A stretch of DNA of 53,520 bases, counting the filler, from Streblomastix strix (lineage: Eukaryota), in NCBI GenBank assembly GCA_008636045.1. It is 3 parts of 3 records of this genome, joined end to end, with 100 filler letters (N's around TTAATTAATTAA, not from the genome) between each part and the next. Parts side by side here need not be neighbours in the genome. Positions count along the whole stretch, not along the records: positions 35,751 to 53,520 come from SNRW01000678.1; 2 more parts are not named here. One strand, given 5' to 3'. The position numbers and the translations under genes are program-made. Below are positions 41,400 through 53,520 of the stretch, piece by piece. Each line of letters opens with the position of its first letter. The stretch's first letter is position 1. The notes below the pieces were generated by a model. The model saw only the letters and a program-made list of their open reading frames with translations. It had not been told where the DNA came from and made no database searches.

Positions 41400-43230
41400 A
41401 ATTTGAGATCCCTTCTTTATGAGAATCTGAAAGGCTAAAGAATTGGTGCAAATAATCCAATATTTATATAAAGTAATTTCTTTTCTAAATTAAAACTATG
41501 AAAAAGTATAGATGAATGTTGATAATAATTAAAATACAAAAATTTGAATATGATCAAAGAAATAATAATTGAAACCATTATAGTAATTATAAAAGCAATC
41601 ATTACAAGTTTTTCAGAAAATTCCCAATATTAATATTTAACTATTTCATTCTTTTTTCTTCTCATATTCTTCCTCCTCATATTTGCATTAATAAACAATA
41701 TGAACTATTCTTTAACTATAAAGAAGATTTAAGCAAATTTCCAATTTTCATAATAAGTAACTTAGATTTGAAGAAAACTTTGAAATAATCTTTTATTATT
41801 AATTTCCCATTTTAGTTATTGTTCTTCACTTATTTCATATTTGTACACTTAGCATACTTGTTCAATTCCTTATGATTAATCATATATTGTTTTTGATGTG
41901 AAACAAATATCAGATGATCCATTTTCAGATTGCGAAGTGTGTGTATTATTTGAGAAAGCATTATTTAGAATATTGATTTCAAATCTTTGATTAGTAATAA
42001 AGATTCCACCTGAGTGCATTCTTGAGCAACTTGAGAATTTGTTATTTATAATAGAAATTTTTTCAAACCAATCATTATTAAATTATTCATTTTTCTTGAA
42101 TAAGTTAATTGGATAGGAGTAAGTATGAATAGAATTGAATTCTTGGTTTAATTTTGATGCATCAACATTTGAATTTAAACAAATAGCTCCAAATGATAAA
42201 GAACGATTAGAATAATTGCTTTTGCAACCTCTAAACATCTCATTGTTGATCTTCAATTCAAACTTTAGGTTCCAAATGGGCACATTTGCATATTCACCAC
42301 AAATTGTATAGATTTTTAAAAGTATATGCTAGATCGCAAATATTTATTGATTTATATTAGAATAAATGCAAAATTAAAAGTTGTTACTTTGCTGCTATTT
42401 ATTGTATAGAATTAGCTATATTCAAAAATATGAATTAAAGAAATATTTTGAAGAGTTTATCCATAACCAATGAAAAGTATATGTAACAATGGCAATTGAT
42501 GCTTAATATTTTATTGAACAACAAAGAATCTAAATTTTACATTCAATTATTAATATTCTTGAATCATTTGCACTATTAAATTTAGTGTAAAAATAATTTT
42601 AGTTTTATTTAATCACATTTCATCATCTCTCCTTATTGCTGTTTTAACTTCTTCATCTACTCTAATTTAAACTTCATTCCATATTACTGATTCATCAATA
42701 AGAATATTTTCATTTTATTCTTCATTTATTTGTATAATTTATATTCTGAAGTAATTGTCTGAGTTTTGTAGAGCTTAATTTATTGCGTTTAATTAATATT
42801 CTTTGTTTCATTTTCCTTCATTTGATGGTTTTTTATTGGCAATATGAGTTATTTTCAGATTTATCAGGATCAAATGATAGTATATTTGAGATGAGTATTT
42901 AGTAATATACATTTTTAGCAACAGTTGAAGTATTTCGAGCAAACATTGAAATTATCTCAGCTTTTATTTTACTAATATCCAAAGATTAAAAAGCAAAAAG
43001 CCAATATAAAATAGCATCTTTTTAAGTTAGGATTTCAATATTAATTGTATTATTTTAAAACTTGCAATCATAGAATTTGCAAATATATGTATTATTATAA
43101 GATTTAAGCCTACCAGTTTTATTCACAATTTTATTCACGAATTTATTTCTGTTGATAAACAATTCATTAAAGATGTAATTTAATTCTGATGAAGTTTCTA
43201 TATAAATTGCTCCAGATCCATCATTCATTG
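41400..43230 (-). pseudogene. decayed parallel beta-helix (Pmp/pectin-lyase-like) surface protein with a C-terminal transmembrane segment
   Basis: Fragments DGSGAIYIE, FYDCKFQNN, FRGCKS..FGAICL, ISIINNKFSSCSRMHSGGIFI..ILNNAFSNN and hydrophobic LVMIAFIITIMVSIIISLIIFKFLYF (~41525-41610). Frames are broken and boundaries approximate. Confidence 0.55.
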
Positions 43231-43714
43231 TACAAATTTTTCAATTTATTTTCAATTAATGCAATTCCTGTTTGTGACTAAAATATTTATCGAAATATTT
43301 CTTATCCTTTTGGATTATTCTATAGAAAATTCAAAAACTTACAATTTTGAAAAATAATTTCTAATTTTTTTTTGATTCAATTCAAAGTTTATAGCAGAAT
43401 AATATGTTGTTTTGCAAGCATGCTGGAATTTGCAAGTCTGAAATTATGATTTAATTTAAATTGTTTCCTTATATGAAACAGATAATACCTTTGAATTAAC
43501 CGAACCCATTTAAAATGCAGTAAATAAATAGTCATTTTATTCTTAAGTGTATTTCCAAAGACTTTTATTAATGCAAAAAATGGAGTTTTTTAATCAATTA
43601 TCTTTAAATAGTTGATTTGGATGCTTTACGAAGTTAAATTTCCAGATTTAATATTAATTATTGTTGATTTGTTCTCTAAACCAACCAAATACAGAGCTTC
43701 CATCTAATTACTGC

Positions 43715-45112
43715 ATGAATATTGATGAAGATATTCAAGAAGCAATGTAAGTCAAAGCGTTTCTTGCTAGATATGAAGCGATGAATGAAGCAGAATACGA
43801 GAAACAGGAAAGAATGAAACGTGATAGAAAAGAAGATGAAATGAAATAAAGAGAAATAAGTCGGGAAAAAGAAGAAATGTTGAATAAGATGAAAGCTTAC
43901 TTGATACTATATTTTGATTATGTTGAGTAAATGAAACTTAGAGGAAAAAGAAGGAAGAGAAAGAATAAGAGAAAGAGAAAGAAAACGAGAAAAATAAAAA
44001 GAAATAAAAAAATAGTGAAAAAGAATAAGAAATTTCGAAAAATAAAGAAAACTAAGATGAATCATAAAAAAAGAAAGAGAGAAAACTATAATAATTAAAC
44101 GACGAAGAAAAGGAACCCAAGCTCCAAAAAATTCGCTCAATAGAACACGAACGCCAACTCAAAGACAAAGAAGAAAAATAAAAACGTTCTTAAAAGCTCA
44201 CAATCGTAAATGAAAAAGTCAATCAACATATTCAATTCCCAAAAGCGCACACTTTGGATGAAGCCATTCAGTAGATCAAGTTGGGCGGTCTGTCTTTGGA
44301 TGACGGTGGGTTAATTGGATCGAATTACATAGATTCTGATCTGCTGGTGTTAGGTCATCTATTGAGGAATGGGTTGTGTGGACAGGATAATGTGTTCATC
44401 GCATCATTGAGGGTGAAGGAGAAGGAAAAGAACCGTGGGTAAGTATAGATAAAGGATTAAGAGATAGAATTGAATAAGGAAGAAGAAACACTTGAGAAGA
44501 AAAAAATAAGAAGAATTGGAAAATTTGAATGAAAACAAAAATTTGAACTAAAATATGAAGAAAAAATAAAATGACATACAGAATACAAAAATAACTCAAG
44601 CATAACCAACCCAACCAACTATTGTTCTCCCCGAATATTAGCCGATAGTAAATGCAACAGGATCGCAATCATTGAAGCCAAAATCATTTGTTGAATTCGT
44701 GGAGTCATTTATTGTTAAAGAATGATGATCCACTAAAACGACGAACGAACTGGAATCGATGATGCGATATAGATTAAGAGATGAAGGAGTTGATTTTGAT
44801 GAGAAATATGATAGAAATAAATAAGCAAATATTACAAAAAATAAAATTAAATAAGTTAATTTAGAAGACCAGTAAAAAGTTAAATAATATGATAAGATAA
44901 ATGAAGTTAAAGTGAAAGATGAAATTTTAACAAATATTGATAATGAAAAAGATGATGACAAAAATTAATCGGAAAATGATATTGATCAATCTTCGGATGA
45001 TTAATCATCATCTTCTTCTTCAACATCTTCATAATCATCTTCATATTTTATATTGTTATACTTGAGATGGTTATTTAAAAGAAATAATAAGCTGAAGGTG
45101 AATAGAACGTGA
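43715..45112 (+). pseudogene. hypothetical Glu/Lys-rich coiled-coil protein with frameshifts and internal TGAs
   Basis: MNIDEDIQEAMQVKAFLARYEAMNEAEYEKQERMK..., then a globular-looking piece HIQFPKAHTLDEAIQQIKLGGLSLDDGGLIGSNYIDSDLLVLGHLLRNGLCG; tandem TGA TGA near 44722. Confidence 0.5.
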
Positions 45113-45396
45113 GAGAATTGGTCATCATTATTAATTAAATAGTTTTTTTTTAATTTATTTGTTGTGTTTTACATGTCATTCAGTGTAATTTATTTTAATG
45201 TTTAATATATATATTTTGAGAAAAATAGTGTTACTTAAATTTTCAAATAGACTTATAAATCAATATATAAATTTATTTAAACTATTTTGATAGGTTCAAA
45301 CTCTTGGAGAATCTGACATGTTAAAAGATAGAAAAGAAGATGATATTAAACTTGGCTGATAACATTTTGGATCAGTTGCCTATTACAAATTACATT

Positions 45397-48300
45397 TCAG
45401 AAGAACACTACTATAAAACCTAAAATAGTAAATGCAATGATCATGCCAAAAGTGACAGTTCGAGTAATTTCATTAGATTTCCAAAATGTATTGGTTTTAT
45501 TATTCAACTTTTAATTTTCCTTTTTTGTATTGTTTTCTTTAATTTTTTTTAATATCTATCTAATATCTTATTTTTATTGCTTTTTATCTTAATATTTAGA
45601 TGGCAAAAATATATCAATTTGCTGTCGAATTTGTTGTTTAATAATTTGTTGAATATTGTTTATATTTAGTAAATTCTCCATTTCATTGTCAAAATTTTCC
45701 TTAATATTTGATGATAATATCTTTTGATCAAAGTTACATAGCAAGTTCGTTACAATTTCATTACGAATATCAAGTAAAAATTCATAAATTATCTTATAAA
45801 TTTTGACATATATTGTATTTCAAATATTATTCATGAATAAATCTAAAACTTCATCTTTCATTAGATTCATTGAAAAATAGCAAATAGATTAATAAATAAC
45901 TTCTAAATTCAAACTTTAAAAGTTGAAAGCATTAATATTATTTAAATTTAATTCAGTAAATTCAAATGGATTATTCTAATTCATTTTAGATGTTGTATTA
46001 TTGCTAACTTAACTTTAGTTAGATTGAATAATGAAAAAATTATTATTCATACCAGATAGAATTTCTTCGGAACTCTTGAATTATTTATGAAATTTTCATT
46101 TAAGTATTTTTGAAGAAACATTCTTAAGAGCTTTACTAACTGTATCTTTTGTTAGTTTCTATATATTATTAACCAAATTGATATACTTTTTAGAATTATT
46201 ATTTTCTATTCTTTAAAACTGTCAAGTGAAGCTTAACATTGAATCATTAATTATACTATATATAATATCAAATAATTCATAATAAATAATATTTTAAATT
46301 GAATTGGGGAAATTATGATCTAATATATTTACTAAGTCTTAGTCTTACAGATCCTTAATTATTTGCAAAGTAAGATTTGTTTACATTCTCATTTATTAAG
46401 AATTATGGAATTTAATATAATTCAATTTAAATAGAATCTTATATAATTTTATGGATATTATTATTTATCAAAATTGGAACATCTTCTTTCAATACTCTAA
46501 TCTCAACTTATTCAACACTATCAAGTAAATATTTATTCAATATACTTTCTAACATATCAGATGATGCACTAAAAACTGGATCCTGGAATTGGCTTAGACT
46601 TGAATTAAGAAATAATTTCAAATCAATTCCTAATTACTTTGAAATTTCTCTATGTAAATCTTACTAAATTATTAAATGAATTTCTTTCAAAACTTTTGAT
46701 ATATTAAGATTACTAATTTAACCAGTTAATAAATTTTGAGCAATATTGCTTAAGGAATTATTCATGTTTTCAAATGTCAGATACTTTGTTTCAAAGTCTA
46801 TCTAATTATTCAACTAGAAATATTGAAGTTATTATATTTAATTTATTATCTATTTTTGAACTTTCTTTCTGAATTCTTCATGATTATGATTATTAAGCAA
46901 CTTCTTAGCAACTGATTCTAATGACTTATTTATTGAATCTTTTGCAAATTTCTAAATATTGTTCTTTATCAGATTATACTTTTCATCAATTGAATAGGAT
47001 TTATTTTAAAGCTCGAGGTATTTTAAAGAATTATTTCTCAAATTTTATAATTATATTCTTGAGTTAATATTAGCAAATATCTTATAATGTAAATTAAATA
47101 TTTATCTAAATTATTGAAGAAATTCTTTTTTTCATTTCAGATAATCTATCATTATATAGAGCACGACTTATTTTTAGTTCTGATATGTTTTTCATACTTT
47201 CATGTATTACATCTTTAATAAAATTTATTTATTCTTAGATTAGATTACTATCTTTCAATAATATGAATTCAGAATTAATATTTATATTAATTGACTATTT
47301 TAACTCTAAATTAAAATTAATTTCTTTAGTAATTTATTATTAATTATTCATTATCTTATGTTCTAGAATTTTTGTATTTTTATTAGCAATAATTTGATTT
47401 ATATATTTTTATTCTTCAAGAATAATTTCTTTGGTTATATTTTTTAAATTATTTGATATTTAGCGTTCAATATATGTTTTTAAATAGAATTCAATAAAAT
47501 TTTTAAAATATGCATAATAACTACTACATGGTATAATTAATAGATTTTCATGAATATGTTGTTTTAGTTTGAGATCGTTCAATTTTTCTGGAATTTTTTT
47601 AATTAAACTACTTAAAATTTAACAAGATATTTATAAGCTGTTATTATGAGAATGTAATTTATCTATCTCAATTATTCTCCCAATTTCTTTGAGAATGTGT
47701 TTAGAGGTTTGAACATCTGATAATTTCTAATTAATACTATTCAATGAATTAATAATAATATCTTGAATAATCTATTGTATTTATTACTTTTCAACAATTT
47801 ATTTGTAATCTTCAACCTTAATAAGAATAATTTCATCTATCAAATTTTATGTTTTTTCTAAGAATTAACTTTAATTGTCATTAAAAAGTATATATTTGGT
47901 ATAATCTTTGATTAATGAATTAATTTGCGGTATAAATTCTAATTAATTATATTCATTATTAATAATTTATTTCATTTTTTTTTAAAAAATCTAATTTTAT
48001 ATATTTATTTCTTTAAATATAAGATTATGAAGTTAATCTTATATATATTTATCTATCATTGAATTTTTAACATTTAATTTAATTTTTGAATTATTCATTT
48101 TCATACTATTTCTTATTTCTTGACTTATATTATTTATGTCTGCTCTATATACATTCTACAAAATAATAGATATTTCTTAATCAATGGTAGATGATATTGA
48201 TTTAAAAATTTTATAACTTAGAAATTCTGAAATACTTAAATGCCCAATTGGATTATTATTAATTAGATTAAAAATTTGTTTTTCTTTTTCTTGTATCAAA

Positions 48301-49076
48301 CCACAGTTGATTATTTTACAGATTGAATTCTCTATTTCTGTTTTAAATGTATTTTATTACAATTTTTCATCAATATTATTTAGTGAGTTATTTAGTATTT
48401 AATTTGGTCTTCTCATTTTCCATTCAGGAAGACGAACCCAAGAAACCCCATAAAAAACGAATGTATTTTCAATAGATTTTATGATATTGTCATGATTTTT
48501 TGTTCCAATTAATTATGATGTTATATTATTTATAAGATTATTAACAGAATCATGAATATATTCTTTAACAACTATTTTTGTATTATTTTGTGAGTTATTG
48601 TAAATTAAATTTTGATCAAATTCTTAAACAATACTTTATATATTTCTTAATTAGGTATTTTAAAACAAATTATTTAATATGTTATGAATTATTTAACTTA
48701 TCATTAGTGGTATGTTATTATTCATCAAAATCTTAGAAAATTAACAAAATTCTTTTTAAATTATATTTTCTACTTAATCTTATATATTTGTATCTAGAAT
48801 ATTCTGCACTGTATTACGCATAGATATAAAAACGTTATTTTAGATTTATTCTTTTATTATTGTTTCAAGAAGATTATGAGCAATTTCGTTCAAAGTTTAT
48901 TATAAATTATCAAAATCTTGATTTTATTCATAATTATTAATTAAATTTTATTCATCAAGTATACTTCTAGTTTATAAATCAAATTTGTTATAAATTTAAA
49001 TCTTGCTTAAATTAAAATCATTATTTTATTAACTTTTGATTTTATCACTGAATAAAGCTTCTAATTCGTATTAAGG
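45397..49076 (-). pseudogene. long Asn/Ile/Gln/Lys-rich helical protein (~1,200 aa) with a C-terminal membrane anchor; at least two frame changes
   Basis: TGA-free frame from ~49076 to ~47000 (includes FVFYGVSWVRLPEWKMRRP). The frame changes near 47040 and at least once more further on. Ends RTVTFGMIIAFTILGFIVVFF-TGA at 45399-45397. Start not resolved. Confidence 0.55.
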
Positions 49077-49414
49077 ACCTGTAATATAAATCGAAAATAA
49101 ATCATCTTCATACTATATAAAAATGAACTCAAATCATACAGTCCATATTGATTTTGCTTTATTGTTCAAGTGGAATAAAAATTAAATAATATATTTTTAA
49201 AATTTTGTTTGTATTGCCACATTTGTGGCAGGTTTATACTAGTTTTCCTAATTTTAAAAATTCAATTCAAAAATCTATTATTAAATAATTAGTTAATAAA
49301 TAGAAAAATAGAATTAAATAAAATAAATTTAACTTTATTTTTATTTTTAAACTCAAAAAATATATTACGTAATCCAGTGTCAGAAGTGAAGCGACATATT
49401 TCCTTGTTTCTTAA

Positions 49415-50399
49415 TAGTGTTGGCTTAAAACTCTGTAAAATAATTTGCTGCGCGCGTCTCAGCGTATTAAAAAATTCTTAAAACGCCTTAAATTCATGAA
49501 ATTAAATTTTTAGTATCATTTTTGTGTTGGTTGGTATTTATTATCATGAATAATAATGTTTATTTAAAGAAATATATTTTTCTGAAGTATTAAATTGAAT
49601 ATTGATTTAAATCAAAGCTTGGTTTATATAGAATTCATTAAAAATTATTTTTTGCAATTTTCATTTGATTTTCAGCGACTATTAATAATTATTATAAATA
49701 ATTTCAGTAATTGAGTTATGAAAGTTACATCTAATTAAACAAAACATAAATTAATATTAGATACATTTTATACAAGTAAATATAGTACAAACACACCTTT
49801 TTAAAAAAATTTAAAATTTGTATCTGTTTTTATTAAATATCCAAAAGATTACCATATATCAAACTCATATATTTTATTTAATTTACACAAAATTTGTAAA
49901 TATTTACATATACGAAAATAAATACTCCCTTTTTTACTGAAAAATCTAAAAAGCGCTTAAAAGTGCTGAAAAAGACGCTTAAAATTGCTGCAAAAAGCGC
50001 TGTAAAGCCCTAGGCATTAAATTCTCGATGAAAATTAAATATTTTTTAAATTTGATATAGATTTATCAATTAATAAGAGAATTTTTATTGTATTTGTTAA
50101 TAACGACACGAAATACAATTGTAGTAGTGGAGTAAATTGAGCGCGAAAAATCAACTTTTTTTAAAATACTAATAATTAGGACTAATAATCAATAATAACG
50201 ACGCTGTTTAAGAATAAAATTTATAATTTGTCTATTTGATAACAATTATTAATTCAAATAATAAAATAAATGTTTTTTGACGGAACAAAATTTCGGATTT
50301 TTTTTTAACTATTTATTGATTGGAAAATTTTAATTAGAGCGCTTTAAATTTTGCGCAGCGCGCGTTCAGCACTCTTAAAAGCGCTTTTGTCCAAAACTA
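49415..50399. mobile_element. non-autonomous hAT-type element (MITE-like), 985 bp
   Basis: Termini TAGTGTTGG and (reverse complement) TAGTTTTGG. Flanks TTTCTTAA (49407-49414) and TTTCTTAT (50400-50407) form a 7/8 target-site duplication. AGCGC/GCGCT motif clusters inside. Confidence 0.75.
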
Positions 50400-50419
50400 T
50401 TTCTTATTAAATATTTTTT

Positions 50420-52493
50420 TCATTTTTTTTGACGGGAATAGTAGGGATTTTATCATGGTAAAACCAGCGATTTTTTTTTAAGGATTTTTGTTCACCGACA
50501 AAATACAACTTTCACCGGCAAGATAAAATTTTCACCGGCAAAAAAATTTTAAATAATTAAATATTTATTAACTACTATAAACCTCTATTTTATGTGAATA
50601 AAATGTATCATTTTTTTTGATTTATTAATTGGTGATTAATTCTCAATAATGTGATGTTTGGTTACATTCTATGTACCAGATTGTTGCAAATTGAGTGATT
50701 TAGAATTATTCATCATTTAATTTAAATGCTGATTATGACTATTTTGATTCAGAACCAAATTCATATTATCTGATTTGATAAATTGTGATTAATCAAAACA
50801 ACTTACTTCTTGTTTATTTGCAGTCTTTGAAAATGTATGCTCTATATATGTTTCCTGAATTAATAATTTATAAATTTTTATTTTTTTTTAATAATATATA
50901 TTTTATTTTTAATTTATTATTAATTAATTTATTAAACATATTATAAATAAATCAACAATAGATTATTGAAACTAATAACCCAAATAAGATATTATCTTTA
51001 AGGAAGATGTATGTTAGGGTAATTTATCTAAAACATGATTATTAATATATAATGAAAAATATTCATTATATATTATTTATTTAAATAATAATTAAATTAA
51101 ATTTTATTTAAATTAATATTTTTCAAAATGAATCAAACAAATATATTCAACCAGTTCATCATTTGATTAGGTTACTGGTTAAAGTCGTAAAAGAAATAAT
51201 TAATTAATTTTAAAATTGATTAATATAAAATAAATAAGTAAAAAATTTTAAAATTTTTAATAATTTAATATTTAATAAATATATTTCAATATATTTTAAT
51301 ATTTATAATATAAACATACAGATCCACTTTGACAATGAAATGAATCTCCTAAAAATGAATTACTGCTCTAATATAAAGTATATCCAAAAATTAATAATTA
51401 ATTTAAAGGGATTAACTTTAATTTATTTTTTGATTTAATATATATTAAATATATTTTAATATATTTTAATATTTATTGTATAGAAACCCACAGATTCAAT
51501 TTGACCATGAAATGAATCTCTTAAAAATGAATTATTGCTCTAATTTAAAGTGTATTTAAAATTAATTAATTAATAAAAAGAGATTAACTATAATTTGTTC
51601 TTTGAATTAATGTTTTTTATATATATTTTTATATATACCAATAAATATAAGAAAAAATCATACCGATTCATTCTAATAGTCATTCATTGAACCAAAAAAT
51701 GAATTGTTATCCTATTTTATAGTTAATATATTAATTAATTATAATTTTATATAATTTATTGATATAAATTTTGTAAATAATATAAAATTAAAAAAAAATT
51801 TTAACAATAAATTAATTGATTGATATATCTATGAATGTTATTAAGAATCTATTCAATATTTATATTCATACAAGGTCCATATTTGAGCTTCTATATCAAT
51901 TAAGTAGGGAGAATTTGCTCTATACTATGAATATATAGAAAAAAAAAGATTTATTTTATAAAATAATTCTTAAAAAAAATATAATAAAAAATAGGCTTAT
52001 TTACAATATTTTATGTAATAATTTATATTACTGGGACTAAAAATTTATATTTATTGATGAAATATATATATTCTAAAATATATGATAGATATTTTGGAAG
52101 AAGAAAATAATAAACTAAAAAAAAGAAATAAATGACTTTATTTTTGAATAAAATAGTATTTTTTCAATTCGTTAATTAATTGAGTAAATATAATAATATA
52201 ATATATATATATTTAAATAACAATATTGATCAAATCTATTAATTTTTTTGGAAAAATGTTAATTGTTCGTGATTTAGTATTAAAAAATAGTTCCAATCTA
52301 AAAATTTGAAAAAATCTTCTTTTTCTCTCTTTTTTGACCTTGAACCACCCCAACAAAGGTCATGCCAAAAATGAAATAAAAATCTCACCAACAAAATAAT
52401 AATTTTTCTCCGGCAAATTTCGGTGAAATTGGTCTTAAAAAAATCGCTGGGTAAAACGCCGTTACATTTTGACAAAAATGTGTCACATGCCTG
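50420..52493. mobile_element. candidate non-autonomous hAT-like element, ~2 kb, with an eroded left end
   Basis: Inverted match between CCAGCGATTTTTTTTTAAG..TTCACCGA (50464-50499) and TCGGTGAA..CTTAAAAAAATCGCTGG (52420-52450). TCACCGGCAA-type repeats at both ends. The right end reads CAGGCATGT in reverse complement. No TSD found. Confidence 0.5.
51290..51630 (+). repeat. two-copy tandem duplication, period ~172 bp
   Basis: CAGATCCACTTTGACAATGAAATGAATCTCCTAAAAATGAATTACTGCTCTAAT (51319) versus CAGATTCAATTTGACCATGAAATGAATCTCTTAAAAATGAATTATTGCTCTAAT (51491). Confidence 0.85.
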
Positions 52494-53007
52494 ATATAAA
52501 AGATAATTCGATGTAAGACACCAAAATATACTATTCTAAACTCCACAATATGCGGGGCATGGCCTCCTCTTTGGAGGCGCGGCTACATTAATGAAAACGC
52601 ATAAAAAATTGATTATCCATTGACGCATTTCTTCTATCTCAATTTTTAGTTATTTTTCAAATATATAAAGTTATTTTCTATCAAATTTAATTGATCATTA
52701 TATTTATTATTATGAACAAGCCTTAAATACATAAAATTCAGCTTATGCACCATTAAATATAAATAAATATTATTTACAATGTTATACTTTATTTAAATTA
52801 ATATACTTATCACAATAACTGATTTTTATAAACAGTTATACCCATGTAACTTCAATAAATCAGTTGAATTCTTTTTGAAAAAAAAGATTCCTTCTAAGTT
52901 CACTTAATACTGAATAAATATGCTCCTTTAATATTTTTCTGTCGAAATTACAATTCATTTATTCTTATAATTACCATATTTTTTTATATAACATGCTGAT
53001 AAATATA

Positions 53008-53180
53008 TAACCATGGCCAATGTCATGAATTTTGTCATGNNNNNNNNNNTTAATGATTATATTTTTTATTTATTAAATTATAATAAAGTAATAAATTTAT
53101 AAGAAGAATCTGTTGAAATTTGGTATTACTTTAGATTTCTTACGAATAACCACGGCTAATGTCATGAATTTTGTCATGAA
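53008..53180 (+). repeat. short direct repeat around a 10-N gap
   Basis: TAACCATGGCCAATGTCATGAATTTTGTCATG at 53008 and TAACCACGGCTAATGTCATGAATTTTGTCATG at 53147; Ns at 53040-53049. Confidence 0.7.
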
Positions 53181-53520
53181 ATTCTAAGACAATTGTAACC
53201 CCTGCTCAATCGATGGTAAAAAATTTGTGGAGTATGAATATATAAAAATTTAACAGTATAATTTCATATTTCTGGTGCTGTACGCTTTTTTCTTTTTGTC
53301 CAATTAATTTTCTATCTAAAATGAAAAATTGTTATTCAAATGTAACCCCCTCTCAATTGACGCTATAAAAATCATAAATCTCAGTAATTTAACAGTTAAT
53401 AGGTTTAGTCTCCTGCTGGTGGAGTTATTTCCATTTTTATTTTACTGATAAAAATATTATAATTCTTACTGTTCGATACTCATTTTATTTATCAACATTT
53501 TAACACATATTTTTGATATA

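Overview
AT-rich eukaryotic DNA that uses the ciliate-type genetic code (TAA/TAG = Gln, TGA the only stop) and has short GT-AG introns. The supplied standard-code ORF track is therefore mostly artefactual. The code and the gene families resemble the oxymonad Streblomastix strix (inference). The window is three contigs joined by N-TTAATTAATTAA-N spacers. Contig 1 (1-17779) holds a CK1-family pseudokinase with TAA-encoded polyQ tracts, a PHO80-type cyclin fragment, a 4.8-kb decayed hAT transposon and a SPRY-like gene. Contig 2 (17880-35650) holds a >4,800-aa HECT E3 ligase with PCMT-like, UBR-box, UIM and two CUB-like modules, plus two smaller genes. Contig 3 (35751-53520) opens with the most striking feature. 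An apparent ~170-bp satellite has 26 units, and every unit carries a splice acceptor, exactly three variable bases and a splice donor (YAG-NNN-GT). This looks like an array of 3-nt phase-1 microexons feeding into a loop of a SPRY/B30.2-like domain, a candidate splicing-based receptor-diversification system. Decayed genes and two non-autonomous hAT-like elements follow. All calls come from manual reading and translation; no searches were run.
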